A stretch of DNA of 54,695 nucleotides from an uncultured Planctomycetaceae bacterium (lineage in GTDB: Bacteria > Planctomycetota > Phycisphaerae > UBA1845 > UTPLA1): assembly GCA_964520125.1 (NCBI GenBank), contig CAZFMS010000001.1, forward strand, positions 1 to 54,695, in the 5' to 3' direction. Under the pieces are notes generated by a model. The model had not been told where the DNA came from and did not search any database. It was given only the letters and a program-made list of their open reading frames with translations. Shown one piece after another: positions 46,371-54,695 of this stretch (position 1 is its first letter; every line of letters begins with the position of its first letter). A program made the translations under genes and the position numbers.

Positions 46371-47885
46371 ATGGAATCACCAAGCCTCGACATCCAGGTC
46401 GCCAAGCTGGACGCCAAGCTCCGGGCCGACGCCCTGCTCATCCCGGTCGCCGCTGCCGGTAAGAAGACCAACGTCCCCCGGGTGACGGGCCTGCCCGCCG
46501 CCGCCGCCAGGAGGCTCAAAGAACTTGCCCAGCGCCATCATCTAGCCAAGCGCCCCGGATCGATCGACGCCACCATTCTGCCGCCGGGTTCCAACCTCGG
46601 CCGCATCGTGCTGGTCAGCCTGGGCTCAGATCGACCCGCCAAGTCGTCCGACGTCCGCAATGCCGCGGGCCGGGCATCGGAATGGTGTGCCCGGCACGGC
46701 TGCCGACGCACGGCCGTGGTCGCCGACATCTTGCAGGACGCCGCCGCACCGGACTCCTTCGCCGCCTGGGTCGAAGGGGCTGCTCTGGCCGGCTTCCGCT
46801 TTCATCGACGGCGCTCGAGATTGCCGGATAACGGCCGGACCGCAGCCTCCCGCCTCTGTCTGGCAACGGCCTCGGCTCCCGGGGCAGCGCACCGAACCGC
46901 GGCCAACCGGGCCGGCATCCTGGCCCAGGCGGTCAACCTCACCAGGACCATCGGCCACGAGCCGCCCAACGTCATCAATCCGGTCACTCTGGCCAAACGC
47001 GCCGCCGTCATTGCCCGAAAGTACAAACTCCGCTGCCGGGTCATCGATCACCAGCGGCTGACGGCCTTGAAGATGGGGGCCATCCTCGCGGTAGGTCAGG
47101 GCTCGGCATCCAAACCGTGCATGATCATCCTCGAACACCGCGGCCGGCGGCCCGACTCCCGGCCCATCGTCCTGGTAGGTAAGGCCGTCACCCTCGATAC
47201 GGGAGGCTATTCCATAAAATCCGCCGCCGGCATGGCCGAGATGAAGTACGACAAGTGCGGCGGGGCCGCGGTCATCGGGGCCCTGGTCGCCGCCTCGGCA
47301 CTCCGGCTCCCCCAACGCATCGTAGGAATCATCGGCGCCGCCGAGAACATGATTTCCGGCGAGGCCTACCGTCCGGGCGACATCATCACCGCCGCCAACG
47401 GCTCGACCATCGAGGTCTGCAACACCGACGCCGAAGGTCGCCTGGTCCTGGCCGATTGCCTCCACTACGCCGAGAAGAAATACCGGCCCGCCGCCATCAT
47501 CGACCTGGCCACCCTCACCGGGGCCTGCACCGTCGCCCTGGGCGATGCCTGCGCTGCAATCTTCAGCAACGACGATAAGCTGGCCGACGACCTGACCGAA
47601 TCCGGCCGCCGAACCGACGAGCGCCTCTGGCGTTTACCACTCTGGCCGGTCTACCGAGAGCAGATCGAGGGCCGCGACGCAGATCTCAAGAACACCGGCG
47701 GCCGATCCGCAGGCTGCATCGTCGCGGCCATGTTTCTCAAGGAGTTCGTCAGCGACAAGACCCCCTGGGCCCACCTGGACATCGCCGGCGTGGCCAACAC
47801 CACCAAGCCGCTGCCCACCTGCCCCGCCGGGGCGACCGGCTTCGGCGTCCGCCTGCTGATCGATTACCTCCAACACCGGAAGTGA
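46371..47885 (+). CDS. pepA: Leucyl aminopeptidase (M17)
   Basis: Motifs VGKAVTLDTGGYSIK, MKYDKCGGAAV and NTDAEGRLVLAD. ATG 46371 lies two codons inside the track ORF. Confidence 0.9.
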   Translation: MESPSLDIQVAKLDAKLRADALLIPVAAAGKKTNVPRVTGLPAAAARRLKELAQRHHLAKRPGSIDATILPPGSNLGRIVLVSLGSDRPAKSSDVRNAAGRASEWCARHGCRRTAVVADILQDAAAPDSFAAWVEGAALAGFRFHRRRSRLPDNGRTAASRLCLATASAPGAAHRTAANRAGILAQAVNLTRTIGHEPPNVINPVTLAKRAAVIARKYKLRCRVIDHQRLTALKMGAILAVGQGSASKPCMIILEHRGRRPDSRPIVLVGKAVTLDTGGYSIKSAAGMAEMKYDKCGGAAVIGALVAASALRLPQRIVGIIGAAENMISGEAYRPGDIITAANGSTIEVCNTDAEGRLVLADCLHYAEKKYRPAAIIDLATLTGACTVALGDACAAIFSNDDKLADDLTESGRRTDERLWRLPLWPVYREQIEGRDADLKNTGGRSAGCIVAAMFLKEFVSDKTPWAHLDIAGVANTTKPLPTCPAGATGFGVRLLIDYLQHRK

Positions 47886-47900
47886 CCTCCCTACGGGAAA

Positions 47901-48085
47901 CTACTGCTCAGTGCTGAAAACGTTGAACACCGCAAGTGCTGCTGGGTGAACACGGCAAGTGCTGATGGGTGCCACTGGCGGCTCGTCCGACAGTGTCTTG
48001 TTGGACAGAGGCACTGGCAGCAAGCTGCCAGTGGCACGTAGCGAATTGGTGAGGCCTCCAGCGGCGCCGAACCAGCGGCCGCAAG
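47901..48085 (+). repeat. Dispersed repeat (97-nt unit 47901..47997, inverted relative to 28626..28722) plus extra hairpin modules
   Basis: See 28626..28722. It is followed by the hairpin CACTGGCAGC-AA-GCTGCCAGTG (48012..48033) and a CTTGCGGCCG-containing module that is also present next to the other copy. Confidence 0.7.
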
Positions 48086-48156
48086 ACGGTCCGCCAGCCA
48101 ATCCATCGCGGAACACTGTGCAATACCAAGCGCTGGAAGATCGAGCCCCTCTTCTC

Positions 48157-48708
48157 TCAATAGAACAAGCAGATAAACAAGTGCGGTTCTTTCTTCTTGC
48201 TCTCAAACGTGCCGACCGACGAGGTCACCGACTTGATGTAAACCTCCGTATGACTGTCCAGCCAATCGTTGATGATGTCGTCCAAGTTGGCCAGGCCCGC
48301 GTCGGTCAGCTTGCAGTGGAAAGTGCGAACGCGCGTCGCTGCATCCTGAGGCCCGCCGATCGGCCGCTTCAGACTCTCGTCATGGTGGGCCCCGCCCAGA
48401 GTGCTGCCGGTGGAGAAGCTGCGGATCATCTGCGACTTGCTGCTGGGTATCTCATCATCGGTTACCAGCGAGATCAACTCGTCATCGTCGTTCTTGCTCG
48501 CCGGCGCCGCGGCAGCCGGCGCGGCGGGAGATTCGCCGGAAGACTGCGTTGACGTCGCCCGGGCCTGCATGGCCACTCGGCGCTTCAGCTCCACGCAGTT
48601 GGGACAGAGCAGTCTCCCCTGCATCAGCCCGGCCTTGCGCTGAATGATGGCCTCCGGGGCAATGTCATCGCCGCACTCCTCACAGGTCTTCTTTGCTGCA
48701 TGCGTCAT
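48157..48708 (-). CDS. Zinc-ribbon protein with an unassigned C-terminal domain
   Basis: 183 aa. The N-terminal CEEC...CPNC ribbon is followed by a low-complexity linker. The C-terminal ~70 aa (RTFHCKLTDAGLANLDDIINDWLDSHTEVYIKSVTSSVG) are not recognised. Confidence 0.6.
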   Translation of the reverse strand: MTHAAKKTCEECGDDIAPEAIIQRKAGLMQGRLLCPNCVELKRRVAMQARATSTQSSGESPAAPAAAAPASKNDDDELISLVTDDEIPSSKSQMIRSFSTGSTLGGAHHDESLKRPIGGPQDAATRVRTFHCKLTDAGLANLDDIINDWLDSHTEVYIKSVTSSVGTFESKKKEPHLFICLFY

Positions 48709-48958
48709 GGTGTCGAACTCCTGACCGGGCCAAAATCGTCCGCCTCCGTCCCCCGACAGTTGAACCTGTCTGACCTGGCAGCGCGGACTGAAAGGAACAG
48801 CCCACAGTATAATTGGAACCGCCCCCGCGATTCAATAACCGCCCCCCCTTGGCTTGGTGTTACCGGGCAGGAGATTCACGACCCCGGAGCAACGTCCGGA
48901 TATGGCCGCCGCAAGAGCGGAGCGGCAATCGACCGCGCCATCCCGCGGCCCCGCCCGA

Positions 48959-49137
48959 GGCGCAACGCTCCGCACCAAGAAAAGACGATTCCTCACCCGT
49001 ACCAGGACTGCCAATCTCCCCAGGCCTCGCTTTGCCTGCCGGAAATCTCTGCGTGGTCTCTTTGGGGGCGATTAACTGACCGTGCAGCGCGAAGCAAGGG
49101 GCCTTCTGCTCGAGAACCCTGAGTTTGCCCGGGGGGT
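48959..49137 (+). repeat. ~180-bp direct repeat, copy A (copy B at 50572..50755)
   Basis: In the core TGCCAATCTCCCCAGGCCTC...GGGGCGATTAACTGACCGT.CAGCGCG.AGCAAGGGG.CTTCTGCTCGAGA.CCCT.GAGTTTGCCC, I counted about 9 substitutions and 2 indels over ~125 nt by hand. Confidence 0.7.
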
Positions 49138-49288
49138 GCGCTCCACGCTGGGGAGCCCTCGAGATTGCTCGGCGGGTACGCTCCCTGCGTGTTGCCGAGC
49201 CACCCCCCGACCAAGGTCGGGGGCTCTTGGGGTGCTATTGGTGTCGGGGGCTTCAGGGGAGGTCGGCCTACACCGGTCCCCTCAGCGG

Positions 49289-50257
49289 CTACGCCGTTGC
49301 CGACGCCACTCTGACGATGCTCTGAATCCCCAGTACCAGCATCGTCGCGACTGCCGTGAGGCCCAGCAGCCCGGCCACCATCGCCCAGGGATATGAAGGG
49401 ACCTTGACGATCAGCATCGCCAGGCTGGCGGCCAACATCAACGAGGCGACCGCGGCCAGCGGCATGCCCCAGAATAAACACGTTACCGCGACCAGCCCCA
49501 ACGCACCCAGGGAAGCGAACTTGAAATACCGATGATCCATCGTCACTCCACGTCCGCACCCCAACAAGACCGCCAGGACCACCAGGCCGGCCAGACACCC
49601 CTGCGCCGCGGACCAGCCATCGGCCCGATGAAGCGGCAGGAAGCAGGCATGATGGATCCCCGCCAGCCAGGCAAAAACCGTCAGCATGAGCCGTGAGACA
49701 TAGAACCGATTGAGCACCAACCACTGAGTGGGTGATCTGAGAGGCCGCACCGGGGCCATGCTGGGAAGGACCTCTGCACCGCCCTCGACCGGCGCCGGTG
49801 GGGCAGTCGATTCGACGGCGCCCGCTGATTGGAGATCTATCCGAAAACAAAACTCCCCTATCCTGAACGATTGCCGGGGAGCCAATCGGCCGCGGAGTAT
49901 TCGCTGGTCGGCTATCCAGGTCCCTGAGTCGCTGTCTTGATCCTCGACGGTGATCCGCCCCTCCTTGGTCAGGTGCAGCCGACAATGTCGCTGGGACAAT
50001 CCGTCGTCTTCCAGCGAAAGCCAGTTGCCGACTCCCCTGCCGATCGGCAGGTCCACGCCGACCGGCATCACGAACTGCTCGCCGATCCAGTACGGCCCCT
50101 CCACCACCGAGAGCACCGCTCGGGCGGTCTTGTTCTCCCGGCCATCGAGTTCCAGCAGGATCTCGCGATCGCACTCGGGGCAGGCTAGGCCGACGATCAG
50201 CTCGAGGTTGTCGCAATCGAGCGGGTTACCACATGGACAACAGACGACCAAAGACAT
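49289..50257 (-). CDS. FHA-domain protein with an N-terminal zinc ribbon and C-terminal TM segments
   Basis: 322 aa. It begins with the ribbon CCPCG...CPEC. The FHA pattern is IGRGVGNWLSLEDDGLSQRHCRLHL..ITVEDQDSDSGTWIADQRI..FRIGEFCFRI. About four TM helices follow. Confidence 0.75.
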   Translation of the reverse strand: MSLVVCCPCGNPLDCDNLELIVGLACPECDREILLELDGRENKTARAVLSVVEGPYWIGEQFVMPVGVDLPIGRGVGNWLSLEDDGLSQRHCRLHLTKEGRITVEDQDSDSGTWIADQRILRGRLAPRQSFRIGEFCFRIDLQSAGAVESTAPPAPVEGGAEVLPSMAPVRPLRSPTQWLVLNRFYVSRLMLTVFAWLAGIHHACFLPLHRADGWSAAQGCLAGLVVLAVLLGCGRGVTMDHRYFKFASLGALGLVAVTCLFWGMPLAAVASLMLAASLAMLIVKVPSYPWAMVAGLLGLTAVATMLVLGIQSIVRVASATA

Positions 50258-50571
50258 GATGACCTTTCCGGCAGGCAGCAGAAACGCCGAACCGCCAGGT
50301 CCATTATACGAATCTGCTGCTTGTCTTGCACTTGTTTATCGCTTCGATACCCAATCTCGGAGCCGCCTGCGGATTAGGTTACCGCCGGGCGATTAACTGA
50401 CCGTACATCGCCAAGTAGGGGGCTCTTGGGGCGCTATCCGCGAAACCTCGCGCTGCGCTGCCGACTCCGGGATTCCTCACCACGGCGGCCATCCCGCCAG
50501 GCCTGCCCTCACTGGGAAAGGGCACTCGACCAAACTCCTCCATGTACTCTTAGAGTCGCGGTTCGTGGCCT

Positions 50572-50755
50572 GGCGCAACGCGCCGCACCCCAAGAAAATC
50601 GACAATTTCTCAACCTCGCCGGAAATGCCAATCTCCCCAGGCCTCACTATGCCTGCCGGAAACCTCCGTGTGGTCTCTTTGGGGGCGATTAACTGACCGT
50701 ACAGCGCGGAGCAAGGGGTCTTCTGCTCGAGAGCCCTCGAGTTTGCCCCGGGGGG
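50572..50755 (+). repeat. ~180-bp direct repeat, copy B; a partial third copy sits around 50387..50470
   Basis: See copy A. GGGCGATTAACTGACCGTACA also occurs at 50387..50407, followed by a related GGGGCTCTTGGGGCGCT module. Confidence 0.7.
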
Positions 50756-50966
50756 CTGTTGGGGCGCTGTTGGGGTGACCTCGCGCGGTATGCTAACTCC
50801 GGGACACGTCATCACGGCGGACAATCGAGTTCGCCAAGCGGCGATCGCCTGTCCTTCCTCTCTGAAAGACAACGGCCGAAGGCTGTCCTGCGGCGGAAAC
50901 CCACCCCTGGCCAGCCTCCTTCAACCTCCGGCCGCGGGATTGCCGATGTTTTCCTGACCGCGCCGC

Positions 50967-51755
50967 ATGTCCGCGGGCGCAAGTCTTGCGCGAGGAACTG
51001 ACGTGATCTACGCGACGGCATCGCTCTGGCTGATGATCGCCGTCTTGGCGGCCTGGGCTGTTTACCACATTTGGAGCGGCATCGCCAAGCCCAGGTTGGT
51101 CAACGCCGTTCTGCTCCCCGGTACTCTGGTGGCCCAACTGGGACACGTCCTCGCTCTCCTGATCACCGGGGCTACGGTCAACAAGACGGCGCTGATGGAA
51201 GACAATGAGGATGGGGCTCCGGTCACCGAACCCAATCCCAAGCCCAAGATCCCCATTGTCGGGCCGGTCATCGTGGCCCTCCTTCCGTTGCTCGCCGTGG
51301 GGGCCGCTCTCTACCTCGCCGTCCTCAGGCTGGGCCTGCCGGTAATGGAGAAAATGCCCCAGAACCTCATCTCCACCGAACTGCCCGGCAGCGTCGCGGC
51401 CTTCTGGGAGCAGCTCCGGGCCTTGATCTCACTCGCCGAAGGCACCTTGAACGCCGTCCGCTACGCCGACGGTGTCCAATGGAAGATCGCCATATTCGTA
51501 TATTTGTTGCTCTGCCTGACGGTGCGCATGGCCCCGCTGCCCGGCAACGTCCGCGGCCACGTCGGGGCCATCGTCACCGTGGGGATCGTGGGCTGCCTGG
51601 CCGGCACCGCGGTAGACAATCTGGCGGACATCATCCGCCAGGCCTGGCCGATCCTTTGCCTCACCGTGGGATGGCTGCTCTTGCTGTTGATGTTCACCCT
51701 GGTCGTGCGCGGCGCACTTTCATCAGCGCGTATGATCCTGCGCTTGGAACGCTGA
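50967..51755 (+). CDS. Hypothetical polytopic membrane protein
   Basis: 262 aa with about 6 TM segments. No family recognised. An alternative GTG start at 51003 follows GAGGAA. Confidence 0.55.
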   Translation: MSAGASLARGTDVIYATASLWLMIAVLAAWAVYHIWSGIAKPRLVNAVLLPGTLVAQLGHVLALLITGATVNKTALMEDNEDGAPVTEPNPKPKIPIVGPVIVALLPLLAVGAALYLAVLRLGLPVMEKMPQNLISTELPGSVAAFWEQLRALISLAEGTLNAVRYADGVQWKIAIFVYLLLCLTVRMAPLPGNVRGHVGAIVTVGIVGCLAGTAVDNLADIIRQAWPILCLTVGWLLLLLMFTLVVRGALSSARMILRLER

Positions 51756-51826
51756 GTTATCGGCCGTCGCCCCCTCTCCGGGCGGCGGGCCCCGATGGCC
51801 AACCACCCGACGTGGAAAGTTCATTC

Positions 51827-53476
51827 ATGGCCGATTATCACCGCAAGATCCTCAGCGTCGAACAGCTCCGGTCGGTGATCGCCAAGGTCCGCTGCTCCCC
51901 GGACTCGACCGGACCCTCCCAGACCGTCGTCCAGGGCCACGGGTGCTTCGACATCGTCCATCCCGGACATATCCGCTATCTGGAATTCGCCCGCTCCAAA
52001 GGCGATCTCCTGATCGTCTCCATCACCGGCGACGCCGCCATCGACAAGGGCGTCCAACGACCCTACATCCCCGAAGAACTCCGGGCCGAGAACCTGGCCG
52101 CCCTGGAGTTCGTCGATTACGTCGTCGTCGACCCCAACCCCACCGCCAGCGAACTGCTCAACACCATTCGCCCGGACGTCTACGTCAAAGGCCACGAATA
52201 CGCCACCAGCAAGGACCCCCGATTCCTCGCCGAGCGACAAGTGGTCGAATCCTATGGCGGCCGGGTAGTCTTCTCCAGCGGCCAGGTGGTCTTCAGCTCC
52301 AGCCGCCTGGTCGAGGAAATGCCCCAACCGGAAGAACTCACCGCTCATCGACTCCGGGCCCTCTGCCGGCGACACGGGGTCGACCATCGCGCCCTCTCCG
52401 CGTTGCTCGGCGAAATGCCCGGAAAGAGGATCCTGGTCCTCGGCGACATGGTCATCGAACGCTACGTCCTCTGCGACGCCACCGGCATCGCCGGCGAATC
52501 ACCCATGATCTCCCTCAGCGAGCTGGACCAGAAAGATCACCTCGGCGGAGCGGCCACCGTCGCCGTCCAACTCGCCGCCCTCGGTGCCGAGCCGGTGCTC
52601 ATCACCGGCCTGGGCCGAGAGCCCGATTCCGACCGGGCCATCCAGCAATTGCAGGAGGCCGGGGTTCAGGTGCGGGCCACCCGGAATCGCCGGGAAATGC
52701 CCGTCAAGACCCGCTTCCTGGTCGACGAACACAAGTTGTTCAAGGTCGATCGGGCTCCGGTCTGCCCCCTCGATTCGATTGGCGAGCGATCCGTCGCCGA
52801 CGTCCTCGTCGAGCACGCCGCCCGGGCCGATGCCGCGATCATCTATGATTGCGGCTTGGGCATGATCACCCCGGGACTCCTTCAACACCTCGGGGCCACC
52901 TTCCGACATCGCGTTCCGGTCATCGCCGGGGGGGCCGCCGACCCCCGCGGAAACCTCACCGCCCTGAAGTACTTCGACCTGCTGTGTTGCTCGGAACGAA
53001 CCCTGCGGACCGCCATGAACGACTTCGGCACCGGACTGTCCACCCTGGCCTATCGCCTGCTCCAGAAGACCCAGGCCAAACAGACCATCGTCACCCTCGG
53101 CAAGAGAGGACTGGTCACCTTCGATCGACGATCGCATGACCGCGATTCCGCCGCCTGGAACGAACGGCTGTACAGCGAGCATCTGCCCTCCTTCGCCGAT
53201 CGCGTCGTCGACCGACTGGGCTGCAGCGAATCCGTCTTGGCCGTCGCCGCCCTGGCCCTGGCCGGCGGGGCCGGCCTCATGCAGGCCGCCTATCTCGGAG
53301 CCATCGCCGCCGCCGTCCAAATCGCCTCCCTCGGACTGGTCGCCGCCGACACCGATCGCGTCCTCCGTTGCGTCCGTCGCCGAGTCGAACTCGCCGGCGC
53401 GGACCATGCGGCAAACGACTCCCGGCCACCGGCGGCCGCCAAACCCGGAACAGCCCATGAACTCAGCGTCGTTTGA
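51827..53476 (+). CDS. Bifunctional cytidylyltransferase-like / PfkB sugar kinase protein (HldE-like, reversed domain order)
   Basis: ATG 51827 (MADYHRKIL). The N-terminal nucleotidyltransferase motif is GHGCFDIVHPGHIRYL. The C-terminal RfaE-kinase-like region reads ILVLGDMVIERYV..IAGESPMISL..GGAATVA. At the GAGD position I read DRLGCSES. Confidence 0.8.
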   Translation: MADYHRKILSVEQLRSVIAKVRCSPDSTGPSQTVVQGHGCFDIVHPGHIRYLEFARSKGDLLIVSITGDAAIDKGVQRPYIPEELRAENLAALEFVDYVVVDPNPTASELLNTIRPDVYVKGHEYATSKDPRFLAERQVVESYGGRVVFSSGQVVFSSSRLVEEMPQPEELTAHRLRALCRRHGVDHRALSALLGEMPGKRILVLGDMVIERYVLCDATGIAGESPMISLSELDQKDHLGGAATVAVQLAALGAEPVLITGLGREPDSDRAIQQLQEAGVQVRATRNRREMPVKTRFLVDEHKLFKVDRAPVCPLDSIGERSVADVLVEHAARADAAIIYDCGLGMITPGLLQHLGATFRHRVPVIAGGAADPRGNLTALKYFDLLCCSERTLRTAMNDFGTGLSTLAYRLLQKTQAKQTIVTLGKRGLVTFDRRSHDRDSAAWNERLYSEHLPSFADRVVDRLGCSESVLAVAALALAGGAGLMQAAYLGAIAAAVQIASLGLVAADTDRVLRCVRRRVELAGADHAANDSRPPAAAKPGTAHELSVV

Positions 53477-54650
53477 CTGCAGCCTGGTCATCCCCACCCA
53501 TAATCGACGCGCCGTCCTGGACGCCACCCTCTCACGAATCGAGGCCTTGCCCGATAGACGCTGCGAAATCATCGTCGTCGACAACGGATCCACCGACGGA
53601 ACCGCCGACCTCGCCCGCCGACACCCCCGGGTGCGCTGGATCGAGCTGGGCGCCAATCTCGGCGCCGCCGCCCGAAACGTCGGCGCCGTCGCCGCCCGCG
53701 GCCGATTGCTCCTGATGCTGGACGACGACAGTTGGCCGGCCGAGACCACCGTCGAACGCCTGGTGGACCTCTTCGACTCCCGGCCCCGCCTCGGTGCCGT
53801 CGCCTGTCGGGTGCGGCTGGCTGACTATCCGCACCGGCACGATGCCGGCGGGGTGCCCGGCGTCTTCTTCAACTGCGGAGGGGCCATTCGACGATCCGCG
53901 TTCCTTCAAGCGGGCGGCTTCCCCATCGACTACGACTACTACGTCGAGGAGTACGACCTGTGTTGCCGCCTGTGGCAAAGGAACTGGTCCGTCCAGCCGC
54001 GGGGCGACATGCTCGTCTGGCACCAACGAGTCACCAAGAACCGCGACAACAACCGCATGTTGCGGCTCTTGGTTCGCAACAACCTCCGCCTCTGGCAGCG
54101 CTACGCCCCCGACCCCATGATCGACGACCTGATCGAGGCCACCATCGAGCGCTACCGACGCGTCGCCCTCCGGGAAAACGCCCTGGATGGCTTTCACGCC
54201 GGCCTGGAAGAGGGTCGCGCAGAAACTGCCGGTCGCAAGTCACGGCGCTGTCCGCTCTCCGTCGGCCAATTCGAAAACATCTTCGGATTGGCTGCCGCCC
54301 GCCGGACCCTGCGAACGTGGGCCGATAACCACCACGTCGACAACATCGCCGTCTGGACCCGCGGAAAAGGTTGTGAGCAATTGCTCTCCCTGCTGCCCTC
54401 GGTTAGCATCCGCGCCGACGCCGTCTATGACCGGTCGGGCGCCGACCAACCATGGCTCAGCCTGCCGGTACGAGGTGAAGATAGTTTTGACCCCGCCAGC
54501 GTCGACGGTATCGTCGTGGGCACCTTGTCTCCGGGCGTCGCGGAAGACCTACGCCAAGAGTTGGACTCGCGTTTCAACGGCCTCCCGGTCCTCTCCGCCG
54601 CCCCCTGGACCGAGCATCACCCCCACCGCCTGGTCGTGCCCGCCTTGTAG
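53457..54650 (+). CDS. Family 2 glycosyltransferase
   Basis: ATG 53457 (MNSASFDCSLVIPTHNR), then VVDNGSTDGT, LMLDDDS and EEYDLCCRL. It overlaps the preceding gene by 20 nt. Confidence 0.85.
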   Translation: MNSASFDCSLVIPTHNRRAVLDATLSRIEALPDRRCEIIVVDNGSTDGTADLARRHPRVRWIELGANLGAAARNVGAVAARGRLLLMLDDDSWPAETTVERLVDLFDSRPRLGAVACRVRLADYPHRHDAGGVPGVFFNCGGAIRRSAFLQAGGFPIDYDYYVEEYDLCCRLWQRNWSVQPRGDMLVWHQRVTKNRDNNRMLRLLVRNNLRLWQRYAPDPMIDDLIEATIERYRRVALRENALDGFHAGLEEGRAETAGRKSRRCPLSVGQFENIFGLAAARRTLRTWADNHHVDNIAVWTRGKGCEQLLSLLPSVSIRADAVYDRSGADQPWLSLPVRGEDSFDPASVDGIVVGTLSPGVAEDLRQELDSRFNGLPVLSAAPWTEHHPHRLVVPAL

Positions 54651-54695
54651 ATCGACTTCAACCTCACGGCGGTCTGCCGGCCCGTCCGAAAAGGC

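Noticed and set aside
48959-50755. The repeats flanking the FHA gene considered as integron attC sites, i.e. a gene cassette.
   Set aside because: I could identify no RYYYAAC/GTTRRRY core pair and no imperfect attC palindrome. There is no intI gene in the window. The repeat shares modules with generic intergenic repeats.

Overview
High-GC bacterial chromosomal window. Hand counts on single 60-nt lines give about 40/60 G+C in core genes. It looks like a Planctomycetota-type genome; this is an inference from the repeat families, the CxxCGYxLxGL..CPECG zinc-ribbon tail and the gene content. I support about 40 protein genes, in this order:
- yajC, then a secreted hypothetical protein.
- An ABC-2 permease fused to a CPBP protease, plus its ATPase.
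- priA, a CYTH protein, and a 46-codon hydrophobic ORF.
- A purine-oxidation operon: FAD, 2Fe-2S and Mo subunits of a xanthine-dehydrogenase-family enzyme, plus 8-oxoguanine deaminase.
- ribH-nusB-ftsY.
- A lower-GC cassette of three overlapping genes: XRE-HTH protein, SAM methyltransferase, UMF1-type MFS.
- A cbb3 oxidase cluster (lipoprotein dihaem cytochrome c, ccoN, ccoO, CcoS-like ORF, ccoI, DsbD_2 protein) with a DNA methyltransferase embedded in it. Immediately upstream on the same strand sit a globin-coupled histidine kinase and a sigma54-type response regulator.
- An SDR, a polytopic Zn-ribbon membrane protein, a UPF0597 protein, YhhQ, a HelZ-like SNF2 helicase and a hemerythrin-like protein.
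- Two TPR proteins, pepA, a Zn-ribbon protein and an FHA membrane protein.
- An HldE-like enzyme with reversed domain order, and a GT2 glycosyltransferase.

I recognised no rRNA, tRNA, CRISPR array, transposase, integrase or canonical defence system.

The intergenic DNA is packed with several dispersed hairpin and tandem repeat families. One of them lies in frame inside the Mo-subunit gene.

The best candidates for something new are:
- The globin-kinase / sigma54-activator / cbb3 arrangement.
- The lower-GC three-gene cassette.
- The repeat biology: a coding-sequence insertion, octamer arrays, and a 121-nt element with a compensatory hairpin.

All family calls come from motifs read by eye, because no database search was possible.
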